A DNA stretch of 64,000 nt from the human T2T-CHM13v2.0 reference genome, Homo sapiens. A model generated the notes under the pieces. The model was not told where the DNA came from and ran no database searches. It saw only the letters and a program-made list of their open reading frames with translations. Shown here in pieces: positions 51,732 to 64,000 of the stretch; the stretch's first letter is position 1, and each line of letters begins with the position of its first letter. The stretch lies in NCBI RefSeq assembly GCF_009914755.1, contig NC_060925.1; one strand, given 5' to 3'. The position numbers were made by a program, and so were the translations under genes.

Positions 51732-51989
51732 CTAATCCTTTGGAATTTCCCAAGTGATAGGAGCAGCAGTGTTGTTTATGGGGACCTCTGCTCATGGTGT
51801 GGCTCAGGGCAGGCCCCTCAAGACTTTATGTGGATGAGATGACTCAAGATGGGGGCTGGCACACCAGAAAGACCAACCATGTGATTAGAGTGTGTCTGCT
51901 TTGGGACATGGGAAATCAACTCCACTTCATGGAGGGAGGGGAGGGCTAGAGTTTAAGTTCAGCCACACGACCAGTGGTTAAGTCCACCT

Positions 51990-52353
51990 TGTATTATCCC
52001 ATTGTCATGCTGCTAATAAAGATATACCTGAGGCTGGATAGTTCATAAAGGCAAGAGGTTTAATGGACTTACAGTTCCACATGGCTGGGGAGGCCTCACA
52101 ATCATGGCAGAAGATGAAGGAGGAGCAAAGTCACATCTTACATGGCTGCAGGCAAGAGAGTGTGTGCAGGGGAACTCCCCTTTATAAAACCTTCAGATCT
52201 CCTGAGACTTATTCACTATGACGAGAACAGCAAGAAAAAGACTCACCCCCATGATCCAATTACCTCCCACCAGGTCCATCCTACAACATGTGGGAATTAT
52301 GGGAGCTACAATTCAAGATGAGTTTTGGATGGGAACACAGCTAAACCATATCA
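51990..52353 (-). mobile_element. THE1B-like solo LTR
   Basis: CATGCTGCTAATAAAGA..AAACCATATCA; perfect TSD CACCT. Confidence 0.95.
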
Positions 52354-53509
52354 CACCTCAGTAAAACCATAGATGCTGACACTCAGGTAAGCCTCCTGGG
52401 TTGGCCATACTTGGCACATATTTTCACAAGTCCCTTCTGGGAGAGGAAGGAGAACATGTGACACCTCCCCATGCAGGGCTTCCCAGATGCCCCAACTCTG
52501 TGTCTCTTTCTTTGCTTGTTCTAATTTGTATCTTTTTGCTGTCATTAGAATGTAATTGTAACCATAGCATTGCCCTGAGTTTTGTGATCCACCCTCTGAC
52601 ATGAGGGTGCCCCTGGGGACCCCTAATCTTGCGGCTGATGTCTGAAGTGAGGGCAGCCTTGTGGGGACCGTTGCCTCAGCCTGAGAAGTTTGGCCAAACT
52701 CCTTTGCGATAATTCATTGAATTCATCTTTTTTATTTGCTCACACATTTCATTTCTTACAATTTATATTTAGGTTCATAAAATTTAAAAAAATTTAATTA
52801 TAAAGCATTGAAAAGAGACATTTAATTACCATGTCAGACTGGCCTCCATTCCATATGCACTGATCCGTAGAAATATTAAACTAACGTTTATTCAAGACCT
52901 GCCTGCATCAGGGACAGTGGGAGGTGGGGGTCCATGCCAATTGGCATGAGGCATGGCCCTGACCTGGAGATTTCAGAGCATATTTCTGTCAATCTGGAAC
53001 CACTGCACAGTCTATTAATATACATTATAATATATGTTATTTTGAATCATGCAATTGTTTTTATTTATACTTATGGGTTTCCAGTCTATTAATGCCATGC
53101 CCAGATGTGCGAGGAAATCCAGTTCTTCTCTCTAAGTGTGTGGCTTACCTCCCTCATTCTACCTTGCTGGGTAGCTGGTGGGGGTTTCAGGATGGGATGA
53201 GTGGGAAGGGAGGAGCAGGTGGGCTATTCAGAGAACTTCGCCAGTGATGGGTGAATTTGGGAGAAAGATCAGCTGCTTATCTTTGCGTTTGCCTAAACAT
53301 GAAGGGGTTGTGCTGTTGTCCATGCTCCACTGTGTGCTGACTTTCCCTGGGGGTTTGAAGGGCCACCTTCAAGCTGGGGAGCCTGTTTTGATTGTTTATC
53401 TAAACTGCACTCCCAACTGACTTTACCAGCAGCCAAGAGCTGTATTTTGGTCTTTCTGTCTCTGACACATGCATTTTCCTCTTGAACCATTCCTTCTGAA
53501 CCTGAGAAG

Positions 53510-53918
53510 TATGACAGGTTGAATAGTATCCCCAAAGAAGATGCATTGGAGTCCTAACCCCCCATACCCTATTTGGAAATAGAGTCTTTGTGAGTTCCCT
53601 AATCCAATATGACTGGTATCCTTATAAAAAGAGAAATTTGGACACAGACACACACACACAGGCAGTACCCCATGTGAATAGAAAGGTAGATGGGGGGTGA
53701 TGCTTCTACAATCCAAGGGATGTCAAAGATCGTCAGCAAACACCAGAAGCAGGAGAGAGGTATGGGGCAGAGTCTCCCTCCCAGCCACAGAAGTAGAAGC
53801 TCTGCCAACACTCAATGTTGGGCTTCTGGACTACAGGACTGTGAGAAAATACATTTCTGTTGTTCCAGGCCACCCAATATGTGGTATTTTGTTCCAGCAG
53901 CCCTGGGAAACTAATGCA
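53510..53918 (+). mobile_element. MLT1B/C-like solo LTR
   Basis: GGTTGAATAGTATCCCC..ATTTGGAAATAGAG..GCAGCCCTGGGAAACTAATGCA. Confidence 0.9.
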
Positions 53919-54561
53919 GGAAGGTAAAGAAAGGTGAATTATGTTGCTCTGTAAAAACCTCAGTAGTCTCTTTACCTAAGTTTTGGGTCTGATTTTGATA
54001 AAGAATTGAGGCTTCCATGGTGTCCATGCTGGGCAGAGTCATGGACCTTCTCACCAACTCTTCTCCCCCTCAATACCCTAGAGCAGAAAGGCCACTGGAC
54101 ACACCAACTGCCCTACACTTAACAGGCAGCAGGAGAGTCCCCTTCACTGGGGAAGATGCTCAGTGTGACCTTTGGGCTTGGTCCTGCTGTGTTCTACAAG
54201 ATAAGACAACTTAGAAAGTCCCATTCTCAGGGCAACATCTAGGTTTCACTTGCCTTGTTTTGCTGAATAGTTCTAATAAACTCAGTTCCAAGACAAAGTG
54301 TTGATGCATGGGCTCTTTATTCCCAGAGCCTGGGTTCCTCAAGGCAAGAAGTCTCGTGGCTCAGCCTTGGAGGTAGAAGGCTGCAGAACAGGATGTCATA
54401 GGAGATGCAAGCGCTTGCTAGATGTTTGCATGTATGGGTAAACATCTGAGCACCCTCTTGGCAGCCAACTGCACCAGGACGATGCACAGCAGCCCACCCG
54501 CACATCTCCACTTTGTGTATTTGTGCTTTGAGAAGTATGTACATTAGGATACTTTTGAATG

Positions 54562-54949
54562 TGTATTAGTCTGTTCTCACACTGCTATAAAGAAATACCT
54601 GAGATGGGGCAATTTATAAAGAAAAGAGGTTTAGTTGGCTCACCATTCCACAGGCTGTGCAGGAAGTATGGCTGGGGAGGCCTCAGGAAACTTACAATCA
54701 TGGCAGAAGGCAAAGGGGATACAGACACGTCTTCACATGGCCAGAGCAGGAGGAAGAGAGAGAGGGGAAAGGTGTGACACACGTTTAAAGAACAAGATCT
54801 CATGATAACTCACTCACTGTCATGAGAACAACACCAAAGAAGAAGTCTGCACCCATGATCCAATCACTTCTCACCAGGACCCACCTCTAACATGGGGGAT
54901 TACAATTTGACATGAGATTTGGGCAGGGACACAGACCCAAACTTTATCA
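54562..54949 (-). mobile_element. MSTA solo LTR
   Basis: TGTATTAGTCTGTTCTCACACTGCTATAAAG..; TSD GAATG/GACTG. Confidence 0.94.
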
Positions 54950-55605
54950 GACTGCAAATAAACGAAGCCCTGAATAAAAAGCGTCAACATAAGATGTTTG
55001 TTAACTCACAAATGAGAAGACTAGGGGCAGAGTGGTTCTATGGAGTCTGCAGTTTCAGTGTCATGATGGCATTATCGAAGGCCTGGAAGATTCCTGTGTT
55101 TTGCTCTTCCATCAGCGACACCCAAGCATGTCACCCTCCAGGGTGAAGCATGTCTGCTGTAATTTCAGGCTTCACAGGCAGACCTAGGTCCCCCGTGGCT
55201 CATATTTAGTTTTATTTTTCAAACTAGGGAGGAAAATGCATCCCCTGTGCCCACACCACAGCAAGTGTTCCTCAACTCCACTGGCCATAGTGGATCACCC
55301 TTTGTTGCTTAGACTGGCCCTTGGCCAGGGGAAGGACTAGTTCAGACCAATCACATTTTAGTCCCAGGGGAGATAAAGTTTCCATCTACCCAGTCACGTG
55401 GCTGCAGAGACTCTGCTGCATGAGGAAGCAGAATGGCCCTTTTTGGGATTGGAGCTGCAGTGTCTGCAAAGAAGAAGTCATGGTGACATGTCTTGGCCAG
55501 GACACAGGACAGAAATAGGTGAACAGGCAGGTGTAGCAAAAGCATTCAGAGTAGAGTCTGTTTTAGGATTTAGATCGAAGATCATGATCTGGGCCTTTAA
55601 AGGTC

Positions 55606-55971
55606 TGATGTGGCTTGGCTGTGTCCCCACTCAAATCTCATCTTAAATTGTAACTCCCACAATTCCCACTTGTCATGGGAGGAACCTGCTGGGAGGTGAT
55701 TGAACTATGTGGTCAGGTATTTCCTGTGCTGTTCTCTTGATAGTGAATGAGTCTCATGATATCTGAAGGTTTTAAAGGTGGGAGTTTCCCTGCACAAGCT
55801 CTCTCTCTTTGCCTGCCACCATCCATGTAAGATGCAACTTGCTCCTCCTTGCCTTCCACCATGATTGTGAGGCCTCCCCAGCCATGTGGAAATGTAAATC
55901 TATTAAACCACTTTTTCTTCCCTGTCTAAGGTACATCTTTATCAGCAGCATGAAAACAACAGACTAATGTA
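55606..55971 (+). mobile_element. THE1A/B solo LTR
   Basis: GAGTTTCCCTGCACAAGCTCTC; perfect TSD AGGTC. Confidence 0.95.
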
Positions 55972-56304
55972 AGGTCCAACAGCCTTTTCAGAAAGCACGC
56001 ACAGTAATAGGGTTTTTGTTACTTGCCACCCAAAGAATCCTACTCTCCACAATGCATTGTTGGAAGGATACTGGAGTCCAAAAAAGAGTGCAGAGCTTTT
56101 CCAAGAAAGCAGAGCTTTGGGGACTGGAAACAGGTTTTAATCACTGTCAAAATTCTCTCTTGTTCTCATTCATTGCTGCTTCTTGACTTGGTTCTCTCTG
56201 ACAGGACATAAGCATCTCTATGGTCCAAGGAACAGAATCAGAAGCAGCCTCTGAATTCCATGGCTTCAGTTCCTTGGCACAAGATACAGGAATGTCTCAG
56301 TACC

Positions 56305-56797
56305 ACTCTGTGCCACAGACTTGGTGGCTTACACAACAGAAATTTATTCTCTCCTGGTTCTGGAGAGCAGAAGTCTGAGGTCAAGGTGATGACAGGGTCT
56401 GTTCCTTCTGAGGCTGTGATGAAGAGTCTGTTCCAGGCTCCTTTCCCAGCTGCTGGTTGTTTGTGGGCACTCTTTGTTATTCTTTGGCTTGTAGAGGCAT
56501 CACCCTGATCTCTATTTTATCTTCAAATGGTGTTCTCCCTGTGTGTCTTTGTGTGTGTGTATACGTCCAAATGTCTTCTTTTTATAATGACAGGAGTCAC
56601 ATCCAAATGTCTTCTTTTTATAATGACAGCAGTCACATTGAGTTAGGGGTATACCTACTCTAGTGTGACTCCATCCTAACTTAACTACAATAATTTCATC
56701 TGCAAAGACCCTTTTTCCAAAGAAAATCACATTCTGAGGTTCCTGGAGTTAAAAATTGTACATATAAATTTTGGGGGACACAGTTCAACCTGTAACA
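56305..56797 (-). mobile_element. MLT1C-like LTR with 36-bp internal duplication (56566-56637)
   Basis: CAACAGAAATTTATTCTCTC..CACAGTTCAACCTGTAACA. Confidence 0.9.
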
Positions 56798-57719
56798 TGC
56801 TCCAATAGAAAAAATCCCAGGAGAACTCTAACTGACGTTGTGTGCTCACCCACATCGCCAGGGAACCACGGTCTTTAACCTGGAGTTGGAAGGGAACAGT
56901 GTTAGAGAAAATAAACCACTGAGCAATCAGGGGGCACCTGGAGGCCATGGTCCTAGGAAGAGAAACCCTTTCCAACTCCGAAAGAAGACAGAATTTCATG
57001 GAGATCACCACCCTGGACCTATCTATGACTGTTCTCCAGAGGCCCACACCAAAGCCCTCCAAGCTTTGTTCCTTAGGCGACACTAGGGCTCTGGGTGGGG
57101 TTGCTCACCCCTCATCACATGCCATCTGTCTGTTCTCATGCTGAATGAGGATGGGATGGCATATCATCCTGGTGGAGATGAGAGTGATGACCCCACCAAG
57201 GACTCAGCTGGCGACTTCCTGATATGAAGGTAGAGAGGCCCAGTACCCAGTTCCTCTGGCTTGTCCTTCTACCCCAGGGAGGGTGTGGGGTCTGCCACTG
57301 CCAGGGGATGAGTGATGGGTGGGGCAGATGCTCTTCTACGTTGGTCTCTGGAGCAGCTGCACCCAAATTGCTCTTCAAAAATACAGATGTTTGGCTCTTA
57401 TCTGAAAAGGGTCTGAGTCCGGACCCAGGGCCCAGGGATTGCTAAGTTTTGGAATCTCCCCTGAGGAGCTTGACACTTGACCATGCCTGGAAAATGCTGA
57501 TGTCCTGGAGCAGCATGAGTGGTGGGGTCAGGGGGCCCAGAGGACAACGTCCCTGCCTCTTCTTGGCTTCCTGACCCTGGACAAGGAATGGCAGCAATGC
57601 TGGCCGCTGATCTCCTATGGCTTCTGCTGCTTGTTAATTTCTTCCTATGTCTCAAGTGCTTGACCTTCCCCAATCCATGCCGTGAAGAAGGTGCTGTTGA
57701 CAGGCAGGATAGCAGTGAC

Positions 57720-57860
57720 GGAGGGTGTGGCCTGGACCTTGCTGGCTCAGCAGGTGACCTTGGGCAGTTTCCCTTGACTTCTTTGTGCTTCAGTTTTCTC
57801 ATCTGTACAGTGGGGATCAAAATAATAGCATTGGAAATATCACCAGGTTATTTGCAAGAA
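57720..57860 (+). mobile_element. MIR
   Basis: GTGACCTTGGGCAG..CTTCAGTTTTCTCATCTGTACAGTGGGGAT. Confidence 0.8.
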
Positions 57861-58004
57861 TTAAATACGTATGTATTTCACCTAGGATGGGGCCTGGGTT
57901 CATTTTTGCTATTTTGTGTTAATGTATTTGTTTTGTGTGTGTGCTCTTGTGCATGCCTGTGCCTGTATGTGCACATGTGTGCATGCATGCATGTGAGCAT
58001 ATGT

Positions 58005-58170
58005 ACCTTTCATGTGCCAAGCACTGTTCTGGTGCAAAGATGCAGTCATGAACAAGAGACAAAAATTGCTGCTTTCAAGGAGTTTATATTCTTTTGGGGG
58101 AGACAGAAGATGAGCAACATGGAAAAAGAAACTATACAATGTTTTCCATGTTATGAATGCTGTGGGAAGA
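58005..58170 (-). mobile_element. L2 3' fragment
   Basis: ATGTGCCAAGCACTGTTCTGG..CTGCTTTCAAGGAGTTTATATTCT. Confidence 0.7.
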
Positions 58171-58279
58171 TATGGACCCTGGCGGAGGGTGGGGCTGGGG
58201 ACGGGGCTGCAGTTCACTCTGGTTTGGTTAGGAAGTGGAATGGGGGAGGTGGGCGTGGAGGGGAGAAGTGGGAGGTGAA

Positions 58280-58640
58280 CATCAGTCAGGGCAGGACATG
58301 TTATGCTGCTGTAACACCACCACCCAAAACCCAGGCCCTCCTGCCCTGAAGACTTATTTCTTCTCCATTCTATGTGTTCATCCATGTCAGTGTGGCTCTG
58401 GGCTGTGTCATCTTTCGTCTAGAACCAGAATGATGAAGTTACCTTTCTCCAGAACATTTCTGAAATCATGGTAATGAGAACAAAAACTGCACCATGTGCT
58501 GGCTCTTAAAGCTCCTCTGCAGCTGGGAAACAGGTTGCTGCTGCTCACGTGTCATTGGGTGGACTGGACCCGAACTAACTAACTTGACATCAAATGGGTC
58601 AGGGAAGCCTCCTCCTCCCCTGAGGAGGGCCTCTGCTGTG
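58280..58640 (-). mobile_element. Old MLT1 (J/K-like) LTR
   Basis: GTTATGCTGCTGTAACA..TTATTTCTTCTC..TGGCTCTTAAAGCT. Confidence 0.6.
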
Positions 58641-58865
58641 TGAACAATGATGCAGCCCACCAGCAAAGACTGAGGAGGGATCTGAGAAGGTGAAGGCTGG
58701 AGCCACTTTGCAATTGTGGGAACTGAGGCACACTGAGCTTGGTGACTCACCAAGGGTCACTTGGCTGTGAGTGTTGCTGGCAGAGCCTTGGTTACAGCCA
58801 AGATCAGTCCTCCATGTTCAGAGCAGGACCATTAGCGCCTACGTCCCCTGAAACTTCTGAGCATC

Positions 58866-59294
58866 TGAGACTATTTGAATGTGCCCCCTTTGAATCTCAT
58901 GCTGAAATGTGATTCTCGATGTTGGAGGTGGGGCTTGCTGGGAGGTGACTGGATCATGAGGGTGAATCTGTCATGAATGGATTAGCACCATCCTCTTGAT
59001 GATGAGTGAGTTTTTGCTCAGTTAGCTCACTTGAGATCTGGTTGTTTAAAAGTCTGGGACCTCCCCTATCTTGCCCACCTCCAATTCTCTTCCTGCTTTT
59101 CTCTCCATGCAACACATCTGCTCGCCCTTCACCTTCTGCCATGATTGACAGATTCCTGAGGCCTCACCAGGAGCAGATGCCAGCACCATGCTTCCCATAC
59201 AGCCTGAGAACCATGAGCGAATTCAACTCCTTTTCTTTATAAATTACTGAGTCTCAGGTATTCCTTTATAGTGATGCAAAAACTGCCTAAAACA
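58866..59294 (+). mobile_element. MSTB-like solo LTR
   Basis: AATCTCATGCTGAAATGTGAT..GAGGCCTCACCAGGAGCAGATGCCAGCACCATGCTTCC. Confidence 0.92.
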
Positions 59295-61084
59295 GTGTCC
59301 TTGGTCTATAAAATGGGCTAGCTGTGATGACCGGGCAGGGCCGTGGAGAAGATGGAGGTTCACTGCACACAGTGGCACCTGCTTAGGGATGCTATATTTT
59401 TATATCGTCTTGGCTGGGGATTTCCTCCTTGATTTTCTAGTGAGTTCTCTTCAAAGTGGCCCTTGTCACAGAACTCTAGGCTATGGATTGGCATCGTCAT
59501 TCTCCCAGTTGGCACTGCCTGCTGTCCAGCCCCTGCAGGCCACATGGAAGCCGCCTTTCTCTCCACACCAGCCAGTCCTTTCCAGCACAGCTCCGAACTC
59601 AGTGCGATTGGCAAGGCGAGCTGGCTGACTGACTTTTGGGATAGGGCCACACCAAGCCTACGCCCAGCAATGCCTACACAGGTCTGGCAGGCTGGCTCTG
59701 TGGCTCCAGGCATGTGGGCAGGATGGAGCAGGCGGGACAGGGGTTGTCTTTTCTTAATCACCTCCCCTGGTGCAGCCGGCCATGCTGGACTGTGGTGACC
59801 CCAGAGCCTGGCTCCCTGGTTGGTCTCCCTTTCTCCTGTGCCCTCCCCGCTACTCCACAATCAAAACTTGCCTAAGAAACGTTCCCTCCGAAACATTCCC
59901 ACCTAAGTCAGTTTTCTCAGCTGTCTCCTCTAACCAGCTGTGCGGTCAACTAGAGTCCAGGGCTCCCTGCAGGTTAATTGAGAGCGATTCGTCGGCCTCC
60001 CTGCCTCCTTCTCTTGCCAGAGTGCATCTCTGCAGGGGACTTAACACCTTATTCTAGAACTATGAAAGGTGGGGTCTATAATGAGTAAAAGGAGGACCAT
60101 AAGAGGTGTCTTTTGCTGGGTTCTACCCTCAGCTCTTCGCTTGGATTGTCTCCTTTAACCATTCTGCAAGGTAGGACCTATTGCCCCCATTTCAAAAAGG
60201 AGGAAGCAAATCCCCAAAGACTGTGTCACCTGCCCAAGGAGTGGGACTGAAGTGGCCTGGATTCAGCCTCAGCCACACCTCTCTGGGATGCTATGTCCCT
60301 AACAACTGTGCTGGGATTCCTAAAACGGGGCTTTCTAAGTGACTTAGGTCATATTGACAACTTGCCAAGACCCCAGGCTTTTTCTTATCTCACAAAACAA
60401 AATTATTTTGCTCCTCCCAACCATTGACTCTGCTGTCACTTGTCCTTCCCCCACCCACATTTGTGGAATCTTTAAGAATCCCTCCATCTTGGGCACAGGC
60501 CCAGGGGTTCCCAGAGGTTGCAGTGAGCGGAGACAGTGTCCTGCCCTGGTGACTCAGTCCATGCATCTATCTTCTTAACCTCTCAGCCTGTGGGCTTTCC
60601 ACCCTGGTTGCCCTCTGGCTGATATCAAGGGTGCTGGTGACTGAAAATGGACAGTTCTCCCCTTGATCTCTTCCTGGGAAGACGCACTGAGCCACTGGTA
60701 TATCCTCACTCTCTCTAACCATTCTTTCCTGTGTCCACTGCAAAGAAGTCCAAAGCCCTTTTGGAGCCGAGATCCTAGGCCCACATCAGGGACTGGCAGC
60801 TGCACCCAATCCCTCAAGAGCCTCCCAGTTTTGCCCCCTGCCTGCCCTGCTAGCACTTACGTGGACTTCAGCCCACAGGGCCTACACTTCCCAGCTTGCT
60901 GATTGGCTATGTCAGAGCAGAGGGCCAATGCATGTGCCCCACCATGACCTTTGCACTGGACTGATGACTGGTCAGTCATGCTGTGTAGCCAACCCCATCT
61001 GTTGGGCTGCAGTGGACAGTCCCTCATCTCTGTGCCATTGGTGTCGTGAGTGCTGACACTCTGTGGAAAGTCTTGATCCTAGAA

Positions 61085-63705
61085 ATGGCCCAAGATTGGG
61101 AACAAAGTGATATGGTTTGGCTGTGTCCCCACCCAAATCTCATCTTGAAGAGTAGTTCCCATATTCCCCACATGTTGTGGGAGGGACCCAGTGGGAAGTA
61201 ATTGAATCATGGGTGTGGTTACCCTCATGCTGTTCTCGTGATAATGAGTTCTCATGAGATTAAGGAGCTTCCCCCACTCTTCGCTCTGCACTTCTCCTTC
61301 TTGCTGCCATGTGAAGAAGGATGTGTTTGCTTCCCCTCCACCATGATTGTAAGTTTCCTGAGGCCTCCCCAGCCATGCTGAATTGTGAGTCAATTAAGCC
61401 TCTTTCCTTTATAAATTACCCAGTCTTCGGTATGTCTTTATTAGCCATGTGAGAATGGTCTAATACACAAAGTAAGGATGTCCCAACTCACTACTCCTGT
61501 CAACATCATACTGGAAGTCCTAGCTAATACAATCAGAAAAAGAAAGGCAATAAAAGGTATACAGATTATGAAGAAAGAAATAAAATTGTCTTTGCTCACA
61601 GGTGACATTATCACTTAAATAGAAAATATGAAAGAATCTGAAAAAACGAAAAAAAACAAAAACCCTCCTGGAACTAATTAGTGATCATAGCAAGGTTGCA
61701 GTATACAAGGTTAATATACAGAAGTCAATTGGTTTTCTATGTACCAGCAATGAACAAATGGAATTTGAAATAAAAAACACATTACTATTTACTTTGGCAC
61801 CCTCTAAAATGAATTATTTAGGTGTAAATCTAAAAAAAATTGTACAAGACCCAAATGAGGAAAGCTACTAAACTCTGGTGAAAGTTATTAAAAAAAAACT
61901 AAATAAATCTTGCCCGTGCATAGATAGAAAGACTCCATATCATCAAGACATCAGTTCTTTCTACCTTGATCCATAGAGTCAATGCAATCCCAATCAAAAG
62001 CCCACAAGTTATTTTGTAGATATCAGCAAACTGATTCCAAAGTTTATATGGAGAGGAAAAAGACCCAGAATAGCCACCCCAATATTAAAGGAGAAAAACA
62101 AAGTCAGAGAACTGAAATTACCTGACTTCAAGATTTACTGTGAAGCTGAAATAATCAAGATAGTGTGGTCCTAGTGAAAGAATAGACAAATAGATCACTA
62201 GAACAGAAAAGAAAGCTGAGAAACCATCCCACATAAATATAGTCAAGTGATCTTTGACAAAGGAGCAAAGTTAAAATGACCAAGCAAAGATATAATCTTT
62301 TCAACAAATGATACAGGAATAATTGGAAATCTATGTGCAAAATAATGAAACTAGAAACAGACTGTACACACTTCACAAAAATTAACTCAAAATGAACTAT
62401 AGTCCCAAATATAGAATGCAAAACTATAAAACTCTTGGAAGATAATATAGGAGAAAATCTAAATGATCTTGGATATGGTGATGACTTTTGAAATACACCA
62501 AATGCATAATCCATGAAAAAATAATTGATAAGGTAGACTTTATTAAAATTAAAAACTGTGCCTATAAAGACATGTCAGGAGAATGAGAAGACAAGCCACA
62601 GACTGGGATAAAATATTTGCAAAAGACACGTCTGATAAAAGATGTTTATCCAAAATGTGCAAAGAACTCTTAATACTCAACAATAAGAAAATGAGAAAAT
62701 GAACAACACCTTATGTAAAAAAAAAAAAAAAGCCAAAGACCTTAACAGATACTTCACCACAGAAGGTATACAGAAGGCAAGTAAGCATATGCAAAGATGT
62801 CCAACATCATATGTCATTAAGAAATTGCAAAATAGTAGACACCACTACACACTTATTAGAATAGCCAAAATCCAAAGCACTGACATCACCACATGCTGAT
62901 GAGGCTGTGGAGCAACAGGAATGCTCACTCATGGCTGGCAGGAATGCGAAATGATGCAGCCACTTGGGAAGGCAGTTTGGCAGTTTCTTACAAAACTAAA
63001 CATTCTTACCATATGATCCAGTAATCACACTTCTTGGTATTTATCCAAGGGAGTTTAAAACATGTTCACACAAAAACTTGTGCACAGATGTATATGATAG
63101 CTTTATTCATAATTTCCAAAACTTGGAAGCAACCAAGATGTCCTTCAGTAGGTGAGTGAATGAAAATATCTGTAGCATATCCAGACAATGGAATATTATT
63201 GAGTGCTAAAAAGAAATAAGCTATTAAGCCATACAAAGACATGGAAGAATAGCCTTAAGTACATATTACTAAGTGAAATAAACCAATCTGGAAAGGTTGT
63301 GTGATTTGAACTATACAACATTCTGAAAGAGACAAAACGATGGAGATCAGTGGTGGCTAGGGGTTTTGGGAAGGAAGAGACAAATAGATAGAACACCAGT
63401 CTGGAGGATTTTTAGGGCAGTGAGACTTCCCTGGATGATACCAAAATGGTGGACATGTGTCATTCTGCACTTGTCCAAATCCACAGAATGACCAGCACCA
63501 AGAGCAAACCCTGGACTCTGGATGATAGTGGCATGTCAATGCATGCCAATTAATTTCAGTAAGTATACCACTCTGGTAGATGATGCTGATCATGGGGGAG
63601 GCTGTGCAAATGTGGGTATGGAGGGTACTTGGAAAATCTCTGTACCTTCTGCTCAGTTTCGCTGTGAACTTAAAATTGCTCTAAAAATAAACTTTGTAGT
63701 TAAAA
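61085..63705 (+). mobile_element. L1MC1/2-like LINE: decayed ORF2 3' half plus 3'UTR, interrupted by THE1
   Basis: CAACATCATACTGGAAGTCCTAGC, AAGGTTGCAG, GATCTTTGACAAAGG; L1MC-type 3'UTR GGATTTTTAGGGCAGTGA..GCTCTAAAAATAAA. Confidence 0.9.
61108..61467 (+). mobile_element. THE1C/D solo LTR
   Basis: TGATATGGTTTGGCTGTGTCCCCACCC...CTAATACA; perfect TSD CAAAG. Confidence 0.96.
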
Positions 63706-64000
63706 ATAGGACTTTTTGGAGTGATGGAAATATTCTATATCTTGATGGTGACGGTGTATGCATTTGTCAAAACTCTTCAAAATGGGGAGGTTCATTTAAT
63801 ATAAGTTATATTTCAAAAAGGCTGCTTTGAGAAAATTAGAATTGTCCCTCAAATCTGCTTCCCTGCAAAGGCAGCATTTTTACGTGCACTGTGTTTTATG
63901 ATTTTGACTTGGCTAATCATAGAAAAGGATGAGGTTTCTACAGTTGATGTGGCAGCTCTGAGCTTGGGGTCTGTGTACTAACTGCATCATCAACAGGATC

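Larger units (their letters stand above)
50583..52708 (+). mobile_element. MER21/MER68/MER77-group LTR, split by MER11 and THE1B
   Basis: GAGGTCTGGCTTTTGTCC.. resumes GGAATTTCCCAAGTGATAGGAG..CCAGAAAGACCAACCATGTGATTAGAG..GTCTGAAGTGAGGGCAG. Confidence 0.78.

Noticed and set aside
52080-52096. PRDM9 hotspot motif in THE1 copies (also ~8361, ~55873, ~61364)
   Set aside because: All read CCTCCCCAGCCAT, not the hotspot-associated CCTCCCTNNCCAC
57519-58349. Longest ORF (276 aa)
   Set aside because: Runs through MIR, TG low-complexity, L2 and MLT1 sequence; GTG start; no domain
60964-60979. Short palindrome ATGACTG-GT-CAGTCAT
   Set aside because: 7-bp arms are expected by chance in 64 kb

Overview
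Primate (human-like) genomic DNA with no protein-coding exon, RNA gene or CRISPR-like array that I can support. The listed ORFs come from simple repeats, Alu/L1/LTR sequence or chance. The window is dominated by interspersed repeats: about 22 ERVL-MaLR solo LTRs (THE1/MST/MLT1) in both orientations, other ERV LTRs (LTR1, MER11, MER31, LTR33, MER21/68-group), 7 Alus, two L1PA 3' fragments, older L1M, L2, MIR and hAT/Tigger DNA elements. It also holds several minisatellites and ~1-kb complex microsatellites. Subfamily names come from recalled consensus sequences, not a RepeatMasker run, and the locus was not identified. I found no demonstrable new biological system. The strongest leads are: (i) a ~42 x 29-bp VNTR, apparently born inside an MLT1 LTR, in which most units are a complete G-quadruplex motif with a REL-like site, next to an array of 19 TGACGTG motifs; (ii) a 52-bp inverted copy of a THE1 segment inside an MLT1 about 1 kb from a THE1 in which the same segment is tandemly duplicated; (iii) an L1PA 3' transduction; (iv) twin back-to-back hairpins with a direct repeat.
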